NCBI GenBank assembly: GCA_000388065.2
Contig: KB932211.1
Source: Fonticula alba ATCC 38817
Lineage: Eukaryota; Protista; Nucleariida
Direction: 5' to 3' (one strand)
DNA length: 21,577 nucleotides
Part shown: positions 11,459 through 20,206 of the stretch, in pieces
Layout of the letters: every line of letters starts with the position of its first letter
Position numbering within the stretch: position 1 is the stretch's first letter
Notes under the pieces: generated by a model
Told to the model about the DNA's origin: nothing
Databases searched by the model: none
Seen by the model: only the letters and a program-made list of their open reading frames with translations
Made by a program: the position numbers and the translations under genes

Positions 11459-12695
11459 TCTTCGCCCTCTTCCTCACACACGCGTCCATTCGCCTCCTGC
11501 TCCGGCGTCAGATCAATTTCTCCCTTTCATCGAACATTCTGAAGGTCCTGAACAATGATCCCACGGTCCTGCTCCGGTCGCTGATTCCACCGGCCCCCGC
11601 CAAGGATCCGTCGGAAAGCCCGGCTGGGTCCAATCGCAAGCCACGCTCCTCTTCCGGCAGTGACTCCACCTGTGCGTTTTTGCCGACTCCTCCTCCCTTG
11701 GCTCTTTGCCCGTGACCCCCCGCTGGCTGACCCTTCCAAATGCCTGCCCCTTTGCGGTCCCCCCTTTCCCCTCCCTCCTGATTCTGGCCCCCGGGAACAC
11801 GCCATGCAGTCTTGTGGTTCAAGTCGTCCAAGGGGTCGGGCAGCTCGGCCACCGGGCCCGGCTCCCCGGGGTCGCCCTCCACCAGCAAGACCGGATCTTC
11901 TTCTTCTTCTTCGCCATCCTCTTCCTCCTCCTCTTCCTCCCTTTTCACATCTCTCTCCTCCTTGCTGCCTGGCAGCCTGGGCGAGAGCAAGCGCCCCAAC
12001 AGCGTTCGGGTGGTCCCCTCGCAGGCGGACATCCTGTATGAGATCACCAAGATTTCGAGCTCCGCCCGCCGGGGCGAGCTCCTGGTCAGTGCCCTGGACG
12101 AGTCGCTCAGCATCATCGACCGCGGCCTGAGCGTGGTCCTCCGGCACCTGGGTCGGTCCAAGCTGCAGATCAGCTTCCTCTACTGCCTCTGGGGGCACAT
12201 CAATGGGGTCCTCTTCCGGAGTGTCAACTGCGAGAACACCATCGGCCCGGCCTTCCTCGCGCGCGAAATCCTAGACATCTACTCCGCCTACTTGTTGGTG
12301 CGGAACGACGCCCGCAAGAGCCGCCTGTACCTGGAGAGCATGTCCCGCTTCACGTCGATCCAGTTGACGCTCTCCTCGCTGCCCACTTCGACCCTGGTCT
12401 CTCTGCACAAGTCCCTCTCCATCAACACCCCCTTCCCGCGCGGTTGTACGTCTTGTGCCGGCACATGCTGTCCTCTTTGCTCCCCACTCTCCACGCTCCC
12501 TTCCCCCCGCTGCCGGCATGTCCCTCTTCCTCACACGCCCCCACGCCCCCGCGCACAGCCGACACCCTTGTCGAGTATCCGCCCCGGGAGTTCAACTTCA
12601 CCCCGCAGGACATCATTCGCATTCTACAGCGCCGGCGCGAGTCTTACGCTGATACGGATGCCACCTTCTACTTGACCGAGCTGATGCCTTCGTAG
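1659..12695 (+). CDS. Giant (about 3,150 aa) MUN-domain protein, PATROL1/DUF810-like Munc13-homology family; putative vesicle tethering/priming factor
   Basis: Phase-consistent GT-AG exons: 1659-1906, 2031-2221, 2336-2382, 2475-2528, 2630-2739, 2996-6562, 6742-7009, 7194-8284, 8417-11351, 11512-11671, 11810-12445, 12559-12695 (9,444 nt, TAG stop). Gene structure is well supported; the true start may lie upstream. Collinear motifs resemble remembered PATROL1/DUF810 sequence: LRELFYSF (~3606; cf. LRETAYEI), WMASLQLSS..ISLLLLPL..F..SEEYVQLLDEQLNFIFGL (~6545-6915; cf. LVLPLELL..SDF...EY..WQKRQLKVLEAGL), YP..LRLLTEASF (~9030-9093; cf. YPLNLRLYEMLLEACF), MHD2-like LDESLSII..FLYCLW..I..VL (~12094-12210), LSSLPTSTLV (~12370), and C-terminal PQDIIRILQRR..DATFYL (cf. 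PNTLLRVLCYRND..ASKFL). The family call is less certain than the gene. Confidence 0.7.
2793..2990 (+). repeat. Imperfect ~101-bp tandem duplication inside intron 2740-2995
   Basis: Two copies of ACGCCTCTTTTCTCTCGT(T/C)CCTGTCTTTCTC...TTTTGCTTTTCTCCTTCCCCCC..CTCTCCGCCTCCC, with anchors at 2802 and 2903. Confidence 0.85.
4749..4808 (+). repeat. Coding hexanucleotide repeat (RCCAGC)10 encoding an Ala/Thr-Ser dipeptide run
   Basis: GCCAGC, (ACCAGC)3, (GCCAGC)6 translates as ASTSTSTSASASASASASAS in the MUN-gene frame. Confidence 0.95.
11378..11465 (+). repeat. Compound (TC)n/(TTTC)n microsatellite inside intron 11352-11511
   Basis: An essentially pure T/C tract of TC and TTTC units lies between the GTGAAT donor and the TCAG acceptor. 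Confidence 0.9.
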
Positions 12696-13920
12696 CGCCC
12701 TCTGCTCCTCCCCCACTCCCTCGCCTGTCCTTCTCGGTGTCCCGAGAGCATGGGCAACAATATATCTCTTTGATCTTTTGAGCCTGAGACACATGCACAC
12801 TTGCGTTGGGATTCCCGCGCCCCTTGTCGGTGACGATCCCCCCGCCGCCCGGCAGCCCCTCCGGCCACCTCCTGTGGGCTTGACCATCCACTCACTGAGG
12901 GGCGGGCCCCTGCCACATCTTTTGGCTGTGACCTTGGGGAGGTGTGCACTTTCGAGGAGGAGTTCGCCTTTGGCGTCCCCGACAGCAGCCCCAGGGAGCT
13001 TCGGCATCTTTCCTCATGGCGCTCGTGAGTGGTGCCGGCGTGCATGATCCTGGAATGCGTTCTCCCGGCGGTGAGGGGAATGCCCATCGCCGATCTAGAG
13101 CCCCCAGGCCAGAGGGAATGCATGCCCTCTTCCGAGCTGAGGAGGGCACAGCGCGTGGCCAGGACACGGAAATAGGCCACCTCTCCCGAGGGGCGGTCCA
13201 CTCTCGATTTTGACCATTTCAGCGGGCCCTGGCGGATGTCGACCCGGGAGCCGGGTGAGCATGGCACACTTGAGCCCCCACCAGGAAGGAGGCTGGAGGG
13301 ACCTGGGGCTGGAGGGACCTGGGGCTGGAGGGACCTGGGGCTGGAGGGACCTGGGGCTGGAGGGACCTGGGGCTGGAGAGGCTGGGAAAGCAAAAGAATG
13401 GCGAGGCAAAAGTGCCGGTCCAGCCGGATCGGTGTCTTCCACGGACGGCAGGCCACTCAGCACCCTTTGATGCCTTCCTGTGGGGCGCCTTCCCACCTGG
13501 CCAAAGAGGGTACGTGCATCCCGGACGCTTGCCTCCTGCCGGACCGTCGATGCATCGAGGGGAGGAGGTGACCAGGTTGGGAGGAGATGGCCTGCCTCGG
13601 GCACCGGGTTTGAATGAGGGAAGCGCTTTCTCCTCGGCTCCACGGCCGGGACCCAAGCTGCAGTGGACTGGAGATGAGGACAGCAGTCGCTGGCATGATG
13701 ACGTGGGCTGAGGGTGATCTGCTTCATGCGAGAGTCCCGAAGAAGGGAGTGACCCGATCGTCGGCCTGGTGGAACTTTCGTCCTCTCTGGCCCGAAGAAG
13801 CAATGAGGAGGGGAAGGAGGAGGAGAGCGAAACGAGCTCTTCCAAAAAGGAAGGGCAAGAAGGGAGCGGCACTCCCGCGACACCCCGGTTGAAGGGGCGC
13901 CGAGATCGCGGGGAGGGCAT
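12668..13920 (-). CDS. Possible orphan spliced gene (about 340 aa) between the MUN gene and the RFWD3-like gene
   Basis: Phase-consistent model: exon 13884-13920 (ATG, MPSPRSRRPFNR); intron 13787-13883 with a pyrimidine tract and CCAG acceptor; exon from 13786 to 13497 (or 13527); intron to TTCTTTTGCTTTCCCAG at 13382; exon 13381 to TAG at 12668. The last exon has GC-rich third codon positions (RVDIRQGPLKW..EVAYFRVLATRCALLSSEEGMHSLW). No homology recognised, some donors are off-consensus, and the 3' end is uncertain. Confidence 0.35.
13291..13378 (+). repeat. 16-bp minisatellite (GGCTGGAGGGACCTGG) x5 plus an 8-bp partial copy
   Basis: Perfect units start at 13291, 13307, 13323, 13339 and 13355, followed by GGCTGGAG at 13371-13378. 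There are no spacers. Confidence 0.97.
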
Positions 13921-14074
13921 GTCCGCTGGGCGGAAAGGCGCCCAAAAGAGGGGGCTTGGAGGAAGGCAAGTGGTCCGGGATGTGCTCAGAGCAAGGCGAC
14001 CCTCTCGATGATGGCCATCACAAGTACCCAACCAGGTGCGGCGGGAGCGAGAAAATTAGGGTTGATACAAGGGA

Positions 14075-14288
14075 TGGCATCCAACAAAACAAGATAAAAC
14101 AAGTGACAATACAAAATTATGGTTATCAAGTACTGCTTTTACAATATTTTTTCCTTCGTAATAAAGTAACTACAGAATTGAAGGACTTTCTTGCCATTAA
14201 TTAGAGAAATTACTACAAAAGTGCACTCCCCCGCGATTTTAAATAGATGTATCTATGTAAAAAGAAAAAAGGATTCAAAGAAAAAGAA
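14075..14288. promoter_or_regulatory. AT-rich island: probable 3' UTR/termination region of the RFWD3-like gene, possibly also a promoter
   Basis: Sharp A/T enrichment against the GC-rich background, directly after the minus-strand stop at 14289. AATAAA occurs on the plus strand at 14160-14165. Confidence 0.45.
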
Positions 14289-16321
14289 TCAAGCGTTGGG
14301 GGTGTTTATTCTCCGAATCTCCAGAGACTTGGAGTCTGTCCAGCCGACGAAATCCCCATAGGATGGGTGCTGGAAGTGTCGGACAAAGGAAATGGCGTCG
14401 ACGCTCCCGGTCGTGGGGGGATTGCCGAACGTGCCCTCGCCACCGGTGTGCATTTCCAAGACCGCGCGGCCATCGGAGAAACGGTTGACAAGGATCTGCC
14501 CAAAAACCAGCACAGCGGTGTCAGTCACTTCAACCCCTCGACATCCCGCCCCCTGCCTCTCCATCCCATTTGCCCTTTTCCTTTGGCTCCCCTCCCCCCC
14601 CTCCCCTTCCATCAGAGTCGCACCTTTTCTCGAGCTTGATCGATCGAGACAAAGTGCGGTGCACGGCCGAGGGAGAAGTTATGAACTCGACAGAGGATCA
14701 GCGGGGAAACCGTTGCACAGGCAAAGCGCCGGCAGCAGCTGGCGTTTGCACACCCGGCGAAGCAACCCCGGACAAGGGCGCAGGTCTCGCCGGTCGACGC
14801 GCGGAACAGTTGGTACAGCTGCTGCGATGTCTCATCGAAGGAGACCGACACCAGCTGGCGGAAGTTCGCTGGCGGCCGCAGGGACTCCGGCAGGAGCTTG
14901 TCCACTGGAACCGCGGGCCGGCCGTCCACGGCCAAGAACGAGCCGCTGAGCGTGGAAATGAAGAGTCCTGGCTTCGGGGATGCGGCGGCGGCCTCCTCTG
15001 GCGAGCGGTCCTCGTGCTCGGCCCCCGGGGATGCCTCCTTCGCGGCGTGGCCTCCGGTCAGCCAGCTGCCCAGCGCCGCTGGGACAAGACCCTGGACCGG
15101 GATTGGCCGGCCATGGGGCGGGGGGAGAACCTCGCGCGCGACGCTCGGGAAGCGTGTGTCAAACAAATGCGTCGTGCCATTGAGCAGCCCGAGAGCCAGG
15201 CCGAAGGGCGAATCGGCCAGCCAGGCGCATGATGAAATCCCGGCCGGGAGGTTGAATCTGCGCGCCGCGGGGCGGTGTCAAAAGATGAGCCAGCCCGCGG
15301 GAAAAAGGTACAAGGCTGCGCAGGGGGGGGGGGGGGGGGGGGAGGACATCACAGGTGCACGCACGGGCAGATGGTCCGATCGGAGGACATGCAGAAGAGC
15401 TTGGCCGACTTGTCGATGGAGGCCGTCAGGAGAACCGCATCGCCGCGCGGGCTGAACTGCATGTCGCGCACGTGCGACGCATGCGCCCGGTGCACGTATG
15501 CCACCTGGTCCGGTGCATTGAGCGAGGTCTTCAGCAGCGAGAACCCCTGGCCATTTGGGGCTCGCGTGGCCGTCACCAGGAACCCGTGGATTGGATCCAC
15601 ATCGAATACCCGGGATTCGGAGCATGCCACCGACAGGAAGGGAGCCGAGGCGAGTTGGCCAGCCGGCAGCCCCGGCGAGCCGGGGACCGATCGCTCGGCG
15701 CTACGTGTCCTGGTGTTAGATTCCCCTTGCACGGCGGGCGCTGGGCCTCTCTCGGGCCGGAGTGGGAGGCTGGCAAATCCCGGCGCCGACGCGTACCTGA
15801 TGCGCGCATTGATTTCGCGCTGTAGGCGGGTTTCCAGGTCGGCGATCCGGGCCCGAGCCCGGGCCAGTGCCGCATGCAGGTTCTGCCGGTCGTGGCTGAC
15901 ATGTCGCAGCTCGGCCTCCAGAGCGGCGACCGTGCCCTCGAGCGTGGCCACGCGTGCCACGTCCTGCGTGACAATGGCCGCGGAGAATATTGGCCGGAGG
16001 GTGTTCGCATGTGTCGGCGCCATGCAGGAGGGGCACACCGACTGCTCGGCCAGCCAGCGTATGATGCAGCTTTCCGCGCCAGGGAGGACCGAGGCCAACC
16101 GGGGTCAGGACACCATGAATGGTCTTGTGGCGGGAGGGGGCCCATTTGCCCGTTGCGCACCTCTCACCGAACAGGTGCCCGCAGGAGGTGGCCACCAGGC
16201 GGTGACCCCCGGAGGACCCCCAGGGCCCAAGGCAGATGGTGCAGCTGTCGGCCTGTCGGTCATCGGCCGCCGCGAGATCGGCCGTCCGGGCCCGTTTGGT
16301 CGGGCTTTCCCCGTCACCCAT
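14289..16321 (-). CDS. RFWD3: RFWD3-like RING finger, coiled-coil and WD40 E3 ubiquitin ligase (about 568 aa)
   Basis: Exons 16161-16321, 15365-16069, 14624-15257 and 14289-14495 (1,707 nt, all phases consistent, TGA stop). The RING [34 protein letters not shown]..VCPSC closely matches remembered RFWD3 ([28 protein letters not shown]..WL). It is followed by a coiled coil (LEGTVAALEAELRHV..LETRLQRE) and WD repeats (HVRDMQFSP..LLTASIDKSAKL; ISSCAW..LALGLLNGTTHLFDTR). CAG lies directly before the ATG after a pyrimidine tract, so an upstream exon may exist. Confidence 0.88.
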
Positions 16322-17431
16322 CTGCGTGGTGGGTGGAGCCAAGACACCCGGCGAGGGTAGGAGGCAGCGGTGCGGCGGGCCGGGCGCAAAGGAGACAGAA
16401 AAAAAAGAAGAGGCGAGGCAAGGGGGCGAGGTAGGGAGGGGGGGGGGGGGAGAGCGGAAATGCCACAGGCAGGGGAGGCATGGCTGGGGTGGGCGATCTG
16501 AGGCCGGGAGACCGGAGCAGCCGCGAGGGCGGCCCTTGGACGGGCGGCCATCCATTGGCACTCGCGGTTTCGCCACCGGCTCCCCGGTCATGTGCCCTCC
16601 CGAGGGCGGCTGATCGGCCTGACACTTTTCCCCGGAGACTTGCCGATTGCCTCGGTCTGGGGGGCGGCCTCGTCCGGGCTGGGCTTCCTCGCCGGGGGCG
16701 GTGTGGGGCGGGGGGGCTGCTGCTCTTGGGGACCGCGAGCTCGTTCACTTGCTCGGACACCGGGAGGCGGGCCCGAAACATGACAGTTGCGGTCCCCCTT
16801 CGGGCCTGGACCAGATCGAGGCGCGGACGCGGGCATATCGGTATGTGTGACAGTCTTCCCGAGGTGCTGTTCATTGGGAGGTCCCTGTGTAACTGGGGCC
16901 TCACGTCTTGTCGGCCGGCCGTCCCCCCCCCCCGCCTGCCAAAGGAAGGACCTGGATGTGCGGGAGCTCTCTTCCCCCGGCGGCGGGGGCGGCCCGGGAC
17001 GCGCTTCGGGGCGGCGGGAGGTGCTCTAGCCGAGCCGATTGGCTTCGGAATGGCTGGCCGGTCCTGGTGTGCTGACGGGCTTCTTTCCCTCCGGGGGCGC
17101 AGAAGAAGGAGGGCCGCGGACCGGGGGACGCCCCCCCCTGGTGTAACCCGCACCATCCATTCTCTCTCTCTCTCTCTCTCCCCCCCCCCCACTCTGCCCC
17201 TCCCCACCTGGAGTGTCTCTCTTTATTCCCCTCCTCTCTCTCCCCCTCCCTCCCCCTCTCTCCTTTCCCCCGTGACGGTGAGTCCCCTGCTCTTTTGTCC
17301 CGCCCGAGCGAGAGAATGCACGCCGACTCACACCATTGCCCGCCGCCCTCCCCCCTCCCCCGGTCATTCTCAAGCCCGCCATGACAACCAGCCTGGGGCT
17401 TCATGCCCGGGGCGCTGGTCGCCCTTTCGCG

Positions 17432-17568
17432 ATGGCGCCGCTGCTCTTGGCTACGCTTGTTCTCCTCGCCAGCCTGCTCGGCCTGGCTGCGTCCGAGAGC
17501 AGCTTCACCGAGATCACCACCAACCGGGTGTCGTTCAACATCACCGAGGCCATCAGCGAGAAGGTGCG

Positions 17569-17599
<31 letters not shown>

Positions 17600-19968
17600 N
17601 NNNNNNNNNNNNNNNNNNNNNNNNNNNNNNNNNNNNNNNNNNNNNNNNNNNNNNNNNNNNNNNNNNNNNNNNNNNNNNNNNNNNNNNNNNNNNNNNNNNN
17701 NNNNNNNNNNNNNNNNNNNNNNNNNNNNNNNNNNNNNNNNNNNNNNNNNNNNNNNNNNNNNNNNNNNNNNNNNNNNNNNNNNNNNNNNNNNNNNNNNNNN
17801 NNNNNNNNNNNNNNNNNNNNNNNNNNNNNNNNNNNNNNNNNNNNNNNNNNNNNNNNNNNNNNNNNNNNNNNNNNNNNNNNNNNNNNNNNNNNNNNNNNNN
17901 NNNNNNNNNNNNNNNNNNNNNNNNNNNNNNNNNNNNNNNNNNNNNNNNNNNNNNNNNNNNNNNNNNNNNNNNNNNCCCCCACTCACCCACCCGTCTCCGT
18001 TGTGCTCGACACAGATTTATTCTTGCCCGGTCAAGAACACCACCGAGATTTGCGGTATCTCCTACCCCGGTGAGATTATTCTGAAGCCCATTGACGGCCC
18101 CGGCAGTGTCAACGAGTCGAACTTCATGCGCTTCGCCCTTTCCGAGGACGACCCGATCACCGATACCTTCCTGGTCACCAAGCGCAGTACGTGCCACGCA
18201 GTGTCGCCCACCGCCCCGGCGCCATCATCCACCATGCTCACCGCGCTCTGTGTCCCTCCATCTTCCCTGTCCAGGCCTCTACTGCATTACGGTGGTCCCC
18301 CAGACCGGCAACGCCGAGGGCACCATCTACTCGGTCTTCCCCTATGGCAAGGTCCCAGCCCTGGACTATCCCCTGCTGCCGGTGCGTCATCCATGCGCAT
18401 GTCCCCTCGGCGGGTCGCATTTGCTCGGTGCCCGTGCTTACCTCCTCCCTTCGCGTGCAGTTCTATGGCTTCCTTGGGCTCTTCTATCTGGCGATCGGCT
18501 TTGTCTGGGCCGTCCTCTGCGCCCTGTACTGGAAGGATATCCTGCGTGTGCAGCTTTACATCTCCGGTGTGGTGCTGCTCAACTTGATGGAGTGCATCTT
18601 CTACTTTGCCTTCTACAACGACTACAACAAGACGGGTGTTCAGTGTACGCGCCGAAGGCCACGCCCACCTGTGCACGCCCACCTGTCCCCCTCTCCCCCG
18701 GTGCAGGCACTTTTTTTTCTTGTCCCATGCTCGCTCTAACATCTCCCCCTATTCTGTCTCTCCCCCTCTCAGCCATGCCCCTCCTCACGATCTCGGTCAT
18801 CTTCGGCGCTGGTAGCCTGAGTTCCTCCCTGTCGGCCTTCCTTGTCGTCTGCATGGGCTTCGGTCTGGTCAAGTGCGCTCCCCGCTCGGTCGCCATGCTT
18901 CCTTTCTCATCCCCCTTCCCCCTGGAGCCTTGCCCCCCCCCCCCCTCACACGTCGACGCCTCTCCCTCTGCCCCGCCTCCTAGGCCCACCCTCGGCACCA
19001 CTGGCCACAAGGTGTTCATCCTCGGCTTCGTCAACTTCCTGGTGTACTGCCTGTTCAAGGCCACCCAGGTTCTCAACCGGATGCAGGATGCCCCGGAGCA
19101 GCAGTCTTACACGGTCCTCATGATTGCCCTGGCCCAGTCCATCATCCTGGCCATCTACTTCTTCTGGGTGCGTTCCCTCGGCCCGACAGGGGCTTGTGCC
19201 TTCCCCACCGTCCGCCGGCCCTGACTGACGTCATCCCCCCCCCCCCCTGCTGGTCCTGCAACCGTGGCCACAGATTTCTTCGTCCCTCAGCGAGACCATG
19301 TCGCGCCTGGTCCTCCGCCACCAGTCGGAGAAGCTTCGCGCCTACAAGTATCTGAACCACATTCTCTATGTGGCGCTGTTTGCCTTCCTCTTCGGTGTCA
19401 TTGTCATGGTCCTGCAGAACGCCGGTCCGTCCACCCCTGCCTGCGCCCACCCTGTGACACTGCTTGCCGCTTGGCTGACCCGCTCTCCTTCCTCTTCCGC
19501 CTCCCCCGGACATCGGCCGCGCGCATGTAGATGTCCAATTCCAGCGCGAGAACTGGCATCTCCTCTGGTTCACCAATGTCGGCCTCTTCCAGCTCCTCTA
19601 CACCGTGGTGCTGGTGCTCATTATGTTCCTCTGGCGCCCGACCACCAACAACTCTCGGTGCGGCGGCCCCTCCTCCTCTTGCTTCGCCCCGTTTCGCCCT
19701 TTCGCCATTCTCTCCTGTGCGCATTGCTCATCGATCACCCCTACCCCTCTCCTGGCACACTCCCAGCTTCACTCTCGAGCAGATCCCCCTGGAGGAGCGC
19801 GTCACCTCGGTGCAGGTCGGCGACGGGAAGCTCACCTCGCGCACGCGCACCGGCCGCGAGAAGGTCGAGACCGAGGTTGTCGACGAGGACCTCAAGTGGG
19901 TGGAGGACAACATCCCGGTTCTCGAGGAAATCGAGAACATCCTGGCATCGGACGTGTACGTGTTCCCC

Positions 19969-19999
<31 letters not shown>

Positions 20000-20077
20000 C
20001 CCGGACCTTGCGATGCTCATTTCGCCCACCTGACCGCCACTACACCGGTCCCACTCACACATACCTCTGCACACCCA

Positions 20078-20139
<62 letters not shown>

Positions 20140-20197
20140 GGCCGACATGCAGGAGCACGTCCGGATGATCAAGAACGAGCGCTCAAAGATGAACTGA
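17432..20197 (+). CDS. TMEM87: TMEM87/PTM1-like GOST (lung seven-TM receptor family) Golgi membrane protein
   Basis: Exons 17432-17563, [gap], 18015-18186, 18275-18381, 18461-18644, 18773-18872, 18984-19167, 19274-19424, 19531-19657, 19767-19955 and 20137-20197, all phase-consistent. Signal peptide MAPLLLATLVLLASLLGLAAS and luminal N-glycosylation sequons are present. Family motifs: PYGKVPALDYPLLPFYG, YWKDILRVQ, GFGLVKPTLG, IMFLWRPTTNNSRF, DEDLKWVEDNIP and terminal ERSKMN. Confidence 0.92.
17600..17975. other. Assembly gap (376 N)
   Basis: Run of N flanked on the left by a 31-nt poly-C tract. Confidence 1.
20082..20135 (+). repeat. (CA)27 microsatellite in the last intron of the TMEM87-like gene
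   Basis: Perfect CA alternation from 20082 to 20135. The final CA plus G20136 forms the 3' splice site. Confidence 0.95.
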
Positions 20198-20206
20198 GAG
20201 TGCCAG

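Noticed and set aside
8427-11558. 1,043-aa ORF treated as a separate gene
   Set aside because: It has a non-ATG start, is joined in phase to the exons on both sides, and its LSLSLSLF tail is the translated (TC)n intron.
13291-13378. 16-bp repeat as a CRISPR array
   Set aside because: Units are head-to-tail with no spacers, too short, have no cas genes nearby, and the context is eukaryotic.
12700-14070. Transposon or retroelement remnant
   Set aside because: No terminal inverted repeats, LTRs, target-site duplication or RT/transposase motifs were seen.
13956-14204. 82-aa plus-strand ORF entering the AT-rich island
   Set aside because: Non-ATG start, abrupt compositional change and no motifs; likely non-coding.
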